A stretch of 64,000 bases of DNA from an uncultured Bacilli bacterium (lineage in GTDB: Bacteria; Bacillota_I; Bacilli_A; RF39; UBA660), in the NCBI GenBank assembly GCA_963931685.1, contig OZ007038.1, positions 746,940-810,939 on the forward strand. The letters run 5' to 3'. The translations under genes were made by a program, and so were the position numbers. Below, piece by piece: positions 18,034-27,161 of the stretch (within the stretch, counting starts at the first letter, position 1; each line of letters begins with the position of its first letter). The notes below the pieces were generated by a model. That model was not told the origin of the DNA and searched no databases. It saw nothing but the letters and a program-made list of their open reading frames with translations.

Positions 18034-18957
18034 ATGACAGAAAAAGAAATAGAAATATTTGAGATGATTGATAAGGGGCACACGTTAAATGAAATGGCAT
18101 ACGAGCTTTGGCTTAGTCCTAGACAAATTCATCAAAAAATTACTAAACTGAAAAATGAAGGTTATTTCATTAGACCCATATATTATGATAATGGTGAGAT
18201 TAAATATGAGTTTGAAAGTGATTTAAATAAACATACTATAAATATCAAATTATTTGATAGTTCTAAGTTTAAAGCTTTGGTTATTTCTGATATTCATATA
18301 GGAAATGTTTTAGAAAATTTAAGTTATTTATATAAAGCTTATGATTATGCGAGAAACCATAATATTCATGTTATTTTAAACTGTGGTGATATGATTGATG
18401 GTAATTTTACTAGAGGTAATCAAACTATTTCTAATATTGATGAACAAATAGAACGTGTAATTAACAATTATCCTCATGATAATTATATTTTAAATTTTAT
18501 TTGTTTTGGTAATCATGATTATGTATCTAACGAATACGGAAGGGATATATCTATGGCTATTTCTAGTCATAGACAGGATTTAATAAGTGCGGGATATGGT
18601 TTTTCTTTAATTAATATTGAAAGAGATCAATTTGCTTTATATCATCCTTTAAACGGAATTAGTTTTAAGCCTATTCCTAATAAGCTTATTTTAGAAGGCC
18701 ATCATCATAAAATGAAAGTAAAAATTGATAGAAATAATTATTTTGTAAATGTACCTCCACTTAGTGATTTATGCTTTGGTAATCAGGAAAATCCTGGAAT
18801 GTTAGAGATGGAATTATTATTTGGTAATGGGTTTATTCATAGCGCTTTTTTCAAACAAATTGGGGTGAAAAATAATTTTGAAGTTTTTAGTGAGTTTAAT
18901 TTAGAATTTTTTCTAAAACACGAAAATTATGATGAAAAAAAATTAATACTTAAATAA
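18034..18957 (+). CDS. winged-HTH / metallophosphoesterase fusion protein (paralog 1)
   Basis: ORF-track 17998..18957. AGAGGG precedes ATG 18034 (MTEKEIEIFEMIDKGHTLNEMAYEL...). Calcineurin-like motifs SDIHIGN, CGDMIDGNF, FGNHDY and LEGHHHKM. Confidence 0.7.
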   Translation: MTEKEIEIFEMIDKGHTLNEMAYELWLSPRQIHQKITKLKNEGYFIRPIYYDNGEIKYEFESDLNKHTINIKLFDSSKFKALVISDIHIGNVLENLSYLYKAYDYARNHNIHVILNCGDMIDGNFTRGNQTISNIDEQIERVINNYPHDNYILNFICFGNHDYVSNEYGRDISMAISSHRQDLISAGYGFSLINIERDQFALYHPLNGISFKPIPNKLILEGHHHKMKVKIDRNNYFVNVPPLSDLCFGNQENPGMLEMELLFGNGFIHSAFFKQIGVKNNFEVFSEFNLEFFLKHENYDEKKLILK

Positions 18958-18968
18958 AGGAGTTTTAT

Positions 18969-19973
18969 ATGTTAGAAAATATAGAAGTTTTAAATAAACT
19001 AAAAGAAGAAAAAACATTGAATGAAATTTCTTCAGAATTAAATATACCTATTTCAGAAGTTTATAAAAAAGTAAAATCACTAAAGAATGACGGATGGCTT
19101 TTAAGAAAAGTTATTTATGATGATGGAAATATTAATTATTATTTTAAAAAATTTCCTGAGTTTATGAAAACTAATACTATTGACCTTAGAGTTAAGAATC
19201 ACTATAGTCTATCAGCTATGCTTATTAGTGATACCCACTATGGTAATAGTCTTTCTTGCATGAATTATTTAGATATGGTTTATGATTACTGTAAGGAATG
19301 TAATATTCATATAATTATAAATGCCGGCGATTTAGTTGATGGATCTTTTAATCGAGAAAAGCAAGAAATTAGCGATCCTTTGAAGCAATTAGAATATACA
19401 ATTAAGAATTATCCTTTTGATGATAGTATTTTAAATTTGATATGTTTAGGTAATCATGATTTTAGTTTATTTAAATCTGGTATTGACATTAAAAAAGCTT
19501 TAGAAAGTGCGAGGAGTGATTTGATTCCTTTAGGTTATGGTCTTGGAATTATTAACACTGAAAATGATCAATTATTTGTAAGGCATAATATACCTGATTA
19601 TTCTTTTGAACCAATTAATGGAAAAATGGTTTTAGAAGGGCATAAGCACAAAATGGCTTTTACTGATGACGCTTCAGGGTTTTTAGTAAATATTCCTACT
19701 TTAAGTAATTTAACTTTGGGAAAACATAAATATCCAGGTGCATTAAGAATGAATTTATTTTTTGATAATGATGGTTATATTAATTCTGGTAGCTTCGAAC
19801 AATTTATATTTAATGATAAAATGTATACAGTCAATGAAACTTTAATTAATTTTGATTTGGACCATGAAAGGCTTTATGAAAAAGATGTAAAGCCAAAATT
19901 AAGAGTTAAAAAATACGATTCTAACGGTTTGAATCAAGTAGAAAAGTTTAATAAAAAATGGGGACGAAATTAA
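18969..19973 (+). CDS. winged-HTH / metallophosphoesterase fusion protein (paralog 2)
   Basis: Starts 11 nt after paralog 1. Same architecture: LNEISSELNIPISEVYKKVKSLKNDGW, then SDTHYGN, AGDLVDGSF, LGNHDF and LEGHKHKM. Confidence 0.7.
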   Translation: MLENIEVLNKLKEEKTLNEISSELNIPISEVYKKVKSLKNDGWLLRKVIYDDGNINYYFKKFPEFMKTNTIDLRVKNHYSLSAMLISDTHYGNSLSCMNYLDMVYDYCKECNIHIIINAGDLVDGSFNREKQEISDPLKQLEYTIKNYPFDDSILNLICLGNHDFSLFKSGIDIKKALESARSDLIPLGYGLGIINTENDQLFVRHNIPDYSFEPINGKMVLEGHKHKMAFTDDASGFLVNIPTLSNLTLGKHKYPGALRMNLFFDNDGYINSGSFEQFIFNDKMYTVNETLINFDLDHERLYEKDVKPKLRVKKYDSNGLNQVEKFNKKWGRN

Positions 19974-19991
19974 AATATTTTTTAAATGATT

Positions 19992-20927
19992 TTAATATTT
20001 ACCACATTTACTCCCCCATGAATCAACTAACTCATCATTTCTATATATTTTAAGCAGTTCACAAGTATTTGGACATTTATGACATTCAAAAGCTTTAGTT
20101 ATAAATTTTAGATTACTCATTTCTAAAGAATAAGTGTTTCCTGTTTTATTTCTTCTAGCTAAAACTGCTATACCTATAGCTCCCATTAGATGACTATTTT
20201 CATCGACAATAATGTCTTCTTTTAATATTTCTTTAAAATATTTAACGACTCCTTTATTTTTAGAAACTCCACCTTGGAAAATGATAGGTGGAATTATTTT
20301 TTTACCTTTACCAACATTGTTTAAATAATTTAATACTACACTTTTACAAAGCCCGGCAATGATATCTTCTTTGGGATAACCGACCTGAGCTTTATGCACT
20401 AAGTCTGATTCAGCAAAAACAGTACATCTAGCAGCTATTTTAACTGGATTTTTAGATTTCAAAGCATAATCACCAAATTCTTCTACATTAATACCTAATC
20501 TTTTGGCTTGACTTGATAAAAATGAACCTGTTCCTGCTGCACACAAAGTATTCATGGCATAGTTAGTTATTATGCCATTTTTAATTAATATTATTTTAGA
20601 GTCTTGTCCACCTATTTCTAATATTGTTCTAATGTTTGGATAGAAGGTTAACGTGCCAATGGCATGGGCGGTTATTTCATTTTTTACTATATTAGCTTTT
20701 AACATTAGACCAATTAGTTTTCTAGCACTTCCTGTTGTACCTATACCTTTTATCACATAATCTTTTGGTAAATTTTTCTTTAACACATTCAATAATTTTT
20801 TTACAGTTTCTGTAGGATTTCCTTCAGTCCAAATATACGCGGATGTAATTATGTTATTATCATCATCAATTATAACGCCTTTAGTGGATATAGATCCAAT
20901 ATCTACTCCTAAATAACAATCTTTCAT
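19992..20927 (-). CDS. BadF/BadG/BcrA/BcrD-type ATPase (2-hydroxyacyl-CoA dehydratase activase-like)
   Basis: 311 aa. GVDIGSISTKGVII phosphate-1 motif, acetate/sugar-kinase fold pattern, C-terminal Cys cluster CHKCPNTC...CGKY. Confidence 0.75.
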   Translation of the reverse strand: MKDCYLGVDIGSISTKGVIIDDDNNIITSAYIWTEGNPTETVKKLLNVLKKNLPKDYVIKGIGTTGSARKLIGLMLKANIVKNEITAHAIGTLTFYPNIRTILEIGGQDSKIILIKNGIITNYAMNTLCAAGTGSFLSSQAKRLGINVEEFGDYALKSKNPVKIAARCTVFAESDLVHKAQVGYPKEDIIAGLCKSVVLNYLNNVGKGKKIIPPIIFQGGVSKNKGVVKYFKEILKEDIIVDENSHLMGAIGIAVLARRNKTGNTYSLEMSNLKFITKAFECHKCPNTCELLKIYRNDELVDSWGSKCGKY

Positions 20928-21988
20928 TTATCTTTCCTCATTTCTAACATATCGTAAAATGCTTCTAATCTTGTCTTTATACCAGTTTCTGAGGTAGCTG
21001 AATCAAAGCTGAAAAACAGAACCGGTTTTTGATAAGTATTCGCAATTTTATTAATAATTGGCATGGCTCCTATTTCGGGAGTGCAGAAGGATGACTTTAT
21101 ATGAATGATTCCGTCATAGTCTTCCCTACATAAGTATTTGCACCTAGCTATATTATCTGAAGCGTCAGCTCCCATATTATACTTGAAATATTCTTTAGCA
21201 TATTTTTTATATTTTTTATATTTATGAGATTTTTCAAATAATAAGTAATGAACATTTGTAAACCTTTTTATTTCTATATGATGTTTAGCTAGCTCTTTTT
21301 CTAAAAAATAATTTGAAAAAGGTTCTATGATTGTATATAACTCTCCTATTATGCCTATTTTAATTCTATTATCTGGTTTATGGACTTTAATTTTGTGTAA
21401 TTTATCTAAATATCTTTTATATGTTTTTTTTAAATCTTTATAATTTTTTATATGGGTGAAGGCAATTAACATTTCTTCTTTTAAACTTTCAAATGATCCT
21501 TCTTCTAATTCAAATCCTATATTTTCTCTAATATAATCATCTATCTTATCCATATATTTAACCATTTTAAATGTAATAAACCCATAATATAAAGCTTTAA
21601 TTTTAGAATATTTTGGTTCTATACTTTTTAATAAGTTATTTATTCTTTTTATGTTTGTTTTTCCTTCAGTTACCAGATTAATCACTTTACAGTTATATCC
21701 TATATCTTTTAGAATTTTATCTTGAAGTTCACTATAATAACCATACCTACACCCACCACCCATTTGGATTAAAGTATCAGCTCCTTTTTCTAAGCATTCT
21801 ATCATCGTCCCTAAGGTGTATTTAAATGGTGTACAGACAAATTCTGGAGAGTGCTCAGTACCTAGTTCAATGGTTTTTGATGTTATTTTTGGAGCTTTTA
21901 TTACTTCTGTGTTTGGAAAGATATGTGATAGCAGATAGTTTGCTGGAACGTGATAGTCACCCATATGGGGAAAGGCTATTTTAGTCAT
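20924..21988 (-). CDS. acyl-CoA dehydratase activase-related protein (DUF2229-like)
   Basis: 354 aa. Overlaps both neighbours by 4 to 8 nt. The pattern FPHMGDY...EFVCTPFKYTLG...GGGCRYGYY resembles the uncharacterised C-terminal modules of large CoA-enzyme activase proteins. Confidence 0.6.
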   Translation of the reverse strand: MTKIAFPHMGDYHVPANYLLSHIFPNTEVIKAPKITSKTIELGTEHSPEFVCTPFKYTLGTMIECLEKGADTLIQMGGGCRYGYYSELQDKILKDIGYNCKVINLVTEGKTNIKRINNLLKSIEPKYSKIKALYYGFITFKMVKYMDKIDDYIRENIGFELEEGSFESLKEEMLIAFTHIKNYKDLKKTYKRYLDKLHKIKVHKPDNRIKIGIIGELYTIIEPFSNYFLEKELAKHHIEIKRFTNVHYLLFEKSHKYKKYKKYAKEYFKYNMGADASDNIARCKYLCREDYDGIIHIKSSFCTPEIGAMPIINKIANTYQKPVLFFSFDSATSETGIKTRLEAFYDMLEMRKDK

Positions 21989-22883
21989 TTAATTTTCCTC
22001 CTATCATATCTAAAAAACTTTCTAATCTAGTTTCTAGGCCAGTAAATGATGAATTATTATCTATAACTAAATTTAAATAAGGTAGTTTAATTTTTCTCAT
22101 GGCTAGTTCGTTAGCTAAACTATCTGGTGCACACGGAAATGATGATATAAAAATAACTCCATTTATATCTTTTTCACTGTAAGCTATAGCGCCTAAATTG
22201 TCTTTACTATATTTGAAATAAAGGTCTTTGGATATTTTTTTACTTAAAGGATTTGTAATTTTTGAATCAAATTTATCTGAATAAATAATTTCAATATTAT
22301 TTTTTATTAAATATTTTATGATATCTTTGCCTATTAGTTCATCATATAGGTTATATGGATGACCTACTATTAAAATTTTTTTCTTTTTACTTTTTAGTTT
22401 GTTTTGGTTTATTATATGATTTTGCTTTATTCTCTTTTTTTCTTTGGTAATGGCATATTTATAGGCTTTTTTTATTTGATGATTATTTTTGTTTAATTCT
22501 TTCCCTATTTTAAATAGACCTTTTTTTAGAGTTTGTTTCTTTTCTAAATCGATATTATAATTTAAAATATTTACATTAAATAAATTTTTTACAATATCAT
22601 AAATAGCCCAAAAATTTGTACATGTTTGGTTGTTATTTTTAAAATTACTTATTCTTGGAACTAATATGTAATCACATTTGTCTTTTAGATAATCTATGTG
22701 TCCTAAATAATTTTTTAAAGATAAACACATTTCATCATTAGCGACGGTTTCTCCCCTACTCATGATATTTTTATTAGTGTTAGGACTTATAATATACGGG
22801 ATATTTAAACTATCAAAAAAATCAATCCATAAATCTTTATAATAATAGTAAAACAGACTACGAGGAATACCGACTCTGTTCAT
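21981..22883 (-). CDS. acyl-CoA dehydratase activase-related protein (DUF2229-like)
   Basis: 300 aa. The N-terminal VGIPRSLFYYYYKDLWIDFFDSLNIPYIISPNT...DEMCLSLKNYLGH pattern is typical of this family. First gene of the three-gene operon. Confidence 0.6.
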   Translation of the reverse strand: MNRVGIPRSLFYYYYKDLWIDFFDSLNIPYIISPNTNKNIMSRGETVANDEMCLSLKNYLGHIDYLKDKCDYILVPRISNFKNNNQTCTNFWAIYDIVKNLFNVNILNYNIDLEKKQTLKKGLFKIGKELNKNNHQIKKAYKYAITKEKKRIKQNHIINQNKLKSKKKKILIVGHPYNLYDELIGKDIIKYLIKNNIEIIYSDKFDSKITNPLSKKISKDLYFKYSKDNLGAIAYSEKDINGVIFISSFPCAPDSLANELAMRKIKLPYLNLVIDNNSSFTGLETRLESFLDMIGGKLND

Positions 22884-22973
22884 AATATCACCATTACAAA
22901 TATATTAAGGTTATTTATTTTTTATGAATAATTATGTATTTTTAGTAAAGGATATTAATGGAGGTAATTTTTT

Positions 22974-23105
22974 ATGAATAATCAAAAAATTAACTGCACT
23001 GTTTATGATTGTAAACATTGTGATGTTATGAAGGACTCTTGCATGTTAAATCAGATTAAAGTGGCGTGCTGCAGAGCTAATGATGAAAAAGAGTCTACAA
23101 TGTGT
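22974..23105 (+). CDS. small Cys-rich protein, DUF1540-like (43 aa)
   Basis: Read by eye. GGAGG precedes ATG 22974. MNNQKINCTVYDCKHCDVMKDSCMLNQIKVACCRANDEKESTM, ending in TGA TAA. The C-x-V-x2-C-K-H ... C ... I-x-V pattern resembles DUF1540. Confidence 0.4.
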
Positions 23106-23236
23106 GATAATTATGTTAAAACAGAATTGAATTAAGCATTGGATATATTTCTGATGCTTTTATTTTATTTTTTTAAGATAAAAACTATATATTATGGCAT
23201 TATTTTGGTATAATTAGATAGGTAGGAGGCGTTTAT

Positions 23237-24484
23237 ATGCAGATAAAATCTCTTTCAAATTCGGAATTTTTAGAATTTGCCAAATTATTTAAACCTGGAT
23301 CTATATATCAAACTCCTTATTATGCTTTTACAATGAATGAAGAAAATTATAGTTCTATGTTTGTTGGACTTATGGATGGCAATATGCTTAAAGCAGCTAG
23401 TTTGATTTTGGTATATAAGATTAATGGATTTAAATATGCTTTAGCGCCTAGAGGCTATTTAATTGATTATAATGACGATGAGCTAGTAAAAACATTTACA
23501 AAATTGATTAAAAAATATTTAGGAAAAAAGGATATTGTGGCAATTAAAATTAATCCAATGATTATAAGAAAAGTATATAATAGTGCTGGACATGCAATTA
23601 CTAATAATGATTTATATGATGAAACTTTTAATAGACTTAAAAAGCTTGGGTATTTTCATTTAGGCTATAATAATTATTTTGAGGCATTAAAACCTAGATT
23701 TGAAGCTTATATTAATTTAGATTTAGATTATATTAAATTGTTTGGTAATATTGATAGAAGTTGCCGTAATAAAATTAGAAAAGCTGTTCGTGATGGTATT
23801 AAAGTGTATCATGGTGATATTGATGATTTAAAATATTTATATGAGCAAACTAAAGGAAAATATCCTAGAGGTTTACAATACTTTGAGGATTTATATAGGT
23901 TTTTTGGTAAGGATAATTTAATTGATTTTTACTATAGTAAATTAGATACAACTGATTATTTACAGTATACACAAAAACAATATAATGAGTATTATAAAAA
24001 AAGTACTGAACTTAGTCAAAAATTAATGAATCAAAAAGGAAATTCAGATAAACTTATTAGTGAAAAATTAGAGGTTGATAAGAAGGTTGTTAAGTACCGT
24101 AATCAATTAGCTGAGGCAACCGAATATTTGAAAAATTATCCTGATGGAATTATTACTTCTTCTGCTTTAGTTATTAAATGGCAAGATGATGTTTATTTTG
24201 CGATTGACGGTTATGATAAAAAGTATAAACATTTTGGGGCTAAACAATTGATGATTTGGAAATTAATGGGTAGATATGCGAAGCTTGGATATAAGAAATT
24301 ATATTTAGGTGGTGTGGCTAATATTAATAAAGTTAACAATAAATATAAGGGCTTAAATGAATTTAAACTTAATTTTCATGCGAATGTTATTGAATATGCG
24401 GGTGATTTTGAATTAATTACTAATTCTCCTAGATATTTTGTTTATAAAAATTCCTTTGGAATTACTGGAGTATTTAAAAAATAA
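23237..24484 (+). CDS. FemAB-family peptidoglycan interpeptide-bridge aminoacyltransferase
   Basis: 415 aa. Two acyltransferase lobes separated by a coiled-coil insert (YNEYYKKSTELSQKLMNQKG...), the layout typical of FemA/FemX/MurM. Confidence 0.7.
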   Translation: MQIKSLSNSEFLEFAKLFKPGSIYQTPYYAFTMNEENYSSMFVGLMDGNMLKAASLILVYKINGFKYALAPRGYLIDYNDDELVKTFTKLIKKYLGKKDIVAIKINPMIIRKVYNSAGHAITNNDLYDETFNRLKKLGYFHLGYNNYFEALKPRFEAYINLDLDYIKLFGNIDRSCRNKIRKAVRDGIKVYHGDIDDLKYLYEQTKGKYPRGLQYFEDLYRFFGKDNLIDFYYSKLDTTDYLQYTQKQYNEYYKKSTELSQKLMNQKGNSDKLISEKLEVDKKVVKYRNQLAEATEYLKNYPDGIITSSALVIKWQDDVYFAIDGYDKKYKHFGAKQLMIWKLMGRYAKLGYKKLYLGGVANINKVNNKYKGLNEFKLNFHANVIEYAGDFELITNSPRYFVYKNSFGITGVFKK

Positions 24485-24503
24485 GGTTTAAAAATAACCT
24501 TAT
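24481..24503. terminator. bidirectional terminator
   Basis: ATAAGGTT-TAAAAAT-AACCTTAT between convergent genes. Confidence 0.55.
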
Positions 24504-24507
24504 TTTT

Positions 24508-25024
24508 CTATGCAATTATCTCAAATGGATTTTCTTTAGTTCCACTACCTGACAAAATAGTATCAGATTTTAAGAAAACTACAGGGCGAACAAAAGCAGA
24601 ACTACCATCATAACCTGCAGATTCATTAGATATTGCTACAAAATTATAATCACTATTAACTGTCCAAAGATCTGAAACATTAATAGGGTTTATAGTCCAA
24701 TAACGGCTTTGGGAAAAAAATAAATAATTATTGCATGACATATCCCATGCATCATGTGAATAACTAGCAGATGTACATAATGGGTTTGTACTAGCTTTTA
24801 AAACATCTGATACATTAACTAGCCCGACATTTCCTGTCCATTGATACATTTTCTCTCCTGCTATATTCTTTTCTATACTATCAGATGATGCATCATTTAA
24901 ATATTCTATCGCTCCTATATTAAATGAATGAGAAGTCATTATATCCTACTCCCATTATGACTAATATCATACATAAGCCTATTATTATATAATTTCGCTG
25001 GCTACTATTTAATCTTTTTTTCAT
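24508..25024 (-). pseudogene. frameshifted gene for a membrane-anchored or secreted protein (DUF6273-like C-terminal domain)
   Basis: AGGAGG plus ATG 25024 gives MKKRLNSSQRNYIIIGLCMILVIMGVGYNDFSFI*, stopping at 24920. The 143-aa ORF 24508..24939 continues in another frame. Its C-terminus ...FVRPVVFLKSDTILSGSGTKENPFEII resembles DUF6273-type domains. Confidence 0.55.
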
Positions 25025-25170
25025 GGTTGCTCCTCCCTATATTTATTATTTATATTATACCCCCCTCCTGAAAATTACAAGTATAATGGTTTTATTTAGT
25101 TAAGCGCTTTACACAAAATTGTCAATTAACCCAGTGTGGGGGTGGTGGGGGTATATTTTGCCCTTAAGGA

Positions 25171-25269
25171 CAAAATATACCTTTTACGCCCATAAATATT
25201 TTACACTTATTATGTATAAATCTTTTATAAACAAAGGCTTTTCAAACTTTTATAATCGTAAAATATTTT
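25171..25269 (+). repeat. RIT left terminal inverted repeat
   Basis: CAAAATATACCTTTTACGCCCATAAATATTTTACACTTAT... matches the reverse complement of 28182..28280 at 93 of 99 positions (hand alignment), and the outer 40 bp are identical. Confidence 0.85.
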
Positions 25270-25316
25270 TTTGTTTGATATGATTATTTTGTGAAATTAT
25301 AAAGGAGGTTGATAAA

Positions 25317-26258
25317 ATGATTTCACAAAATAATAAACGGAAACACATCAAAAAATATGTGTTTTCAGGAACTTTACTAGAAGAATATCTGGCTTATACA
25401 AGATATTTAGAGGAACTTGAGATTACTAAGGATACAATGAAATGGAGGTTAAAACATATCAGAGGCTTTTTAGATTATTTAGATAAACATAATATAGTTA
25501 TTAATAATATCTTGCCAAATGTTGTATATGATTATATGATGTCAATCGATGATTTAAGCGTACGTACAAAAGAACATAGAGCTGTTTGTATTAGACTTTT
25601 CTTAAATTGGTTATTTAATAATAAAAAGATTGAAACAAGCGGAACTCATATTTTACCGAAAATAAAAAACAACAAACAAGATAAAGTGGCTGCCTATTAC
25701 TCCAATGAAGAAGTGTCTAAAATATTAAATTCTATAAACATACATGACGTTAATGGAAAGAGAGATTTAGCTATTATGTTGTTATTCGTGAGATTTGGTT
25801 TAAGAGAACGTGATGTCCAACAACTTAAATTGGAAAATATTAAATGGAATGACAATAAAATTATAATAGTTCAAAGTAAGAATAAACAAGTTAATACTTA
25901 TCCAATGATACCTGAAATTAAATATGCTTTAATTGATTATTTAAAAAATGAACGTCCTATTTCTAATTTACCATATCTATTTTTAACCGATTCTAAAAAT
26001 ATATGTACTAGTCATTTTTTTTATAAATTAGTAAACAAGTATTTTAGGAAAGCAGAAATAAATACAAGTTACAAAAAACACGGTTCACATTCTTTAAGAC
26101 ATAGTTTGGCTACTTCGTTACTTAATGATGGCAATTCACTTTATACTATTTCATCTATTCTTGGTCATAAATATATTGCTGATTCTCAAGTCTATACTAA
26201 AGTAGATATTGAAAATTTAAAAAAAATACCTTTGGAAGTGCCTCTATGGAAAGCTTAA
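25317..26258 (+). CDS. tyrosine recombinase 1 of RIT trio (RitA position)
   Basis: 313 aa. GLRERDV, HSLRHSLATS, LGHKY and VYTKV catalytic contexts. Confidence 0.85.
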   Translation: MISQNNKRKHIKKYVFSGTLLEEYLAYTRYLEELEITKDTMKWRLKHIRGFLDYLDKHNIVINNILPNVVYDYMMSIDDLSVRTKEHRAVCIRLFLNWLFNNKKIETSGTHILPKIKNNKQDKVAAYYSNEEVSKILNSINIHDVNGKRDLAIMLLFVRFGLRERDVQQLKLENIKWNDNKIIIVQSKNKQVNTYPMIPEIKYALIDYLKNERPISNLPYLFLTDSKNICTSHFFYKLVNKYFRKAEINTSYKKHGSHSLRHSLATSLLNDGNSLYTISSILGHKYIADSQVYTKVDIENLKKIPLEVPLWKA

Positions 26259-27160
26259 AAGGTCCCTTCAAAGATATTATTCCACAATTCCAAAACTATA
26301 AAAAAAGTCTTGGATATTTATATGATAACATATCTTCTTTTGTACAGTTAGATAATTTTTTATATAATCAGGGTATTTATGACTTTAATGATACAAAAAT
26401 TATCTTTGAAGTTTTAATTAAAAATGAGCCAAATTTGTCTAAGAAAACAAATAGATATACTTGTTTACAACAGTTATACGAATTTATGGAACTATTAGGA
26501 TATCACAATCTTTATTTTGAAAATATACAATTTGATAAAAAACCAAATTTTATTCCTAGAATTTTAAATGCAAAAGAAATTACTTTATTTTTAAAAAAAA
26601 TAGACCAATTAAGTATTTTGTTAGATAATGATGAACAATATATTTATCCAACTTTATTTAGATTATTATATAGTTCGGGATTGAGAATTAATGAAGCTTT
26701 AAAACTTAAGATTACTGATATATCTTTAAAAGATGGTACAATAACAATTGTTAAGGGTAAAGGTAATATTGCTAGATTAATACCTTTATCTCCAACCATG
26801 AAATGTACACTAACTAATTATTTAAAAATAGTTAATTGTAAAACTTATCTATTTGAAATTAATAATAAACCAATTACATATATAAAAGTTGCTGATTTCT
26901 TTCATAAAATTACAAATAAAATGTTTGACTTTAGAATACATGATTTACGTCATACTTTTGCTGTTACTGTATTTAATAATTTATATAAAAAAGGGTTGTC
27001 TGAATATCAAATACTTTATTTACTTCACATATATATGGGTCATACAAATATTAAAAGTACAGAATATTATCTACGAATGACAGATGAAACTTACAATAGA
27101 ATTATAAATAATTTTCATAATAAATATCCAAATGTTATTCCTAAGGTGGGTGAGATGTAA
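26246..27160 (+). CDS. tyrosine recombinase 2 of RIT trio (RitB position)
   Basis: 304 aa. Overlaps the upstream gene by 13 nt. GLRINEAL, HDLRHTFAVT, MGHTN and EYYLRM. Confidence 0.85.
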   Translation: MESLKGPFKDIIPQFQNYKKSLGYLYDNISSFVQLDNFLYNQGIYDFNDTKIIFEVLIKNEPNLSKKTNRYTCLQQLYEFMELLGYHNLYFENIQFDKKPNFIPRILNAKEITLFLKKIDQLSILLDNDEQYIYPTLFRLLYSSGLRINEALKLKITDISLKDGTITIVKGKGNIARLIPLSPTMKCTLTNYLKIVNCKTYLFEINNKPITYIKVADFFHKITNKMFDFRIHDLRHTFAVTVFNNLYKKGLSEYQILYLLHIYMGHTNIKSTEYYLRMTDETYNRIINNFHNKYPNVIPKVGEM

Positions 27161-27161
27161 G

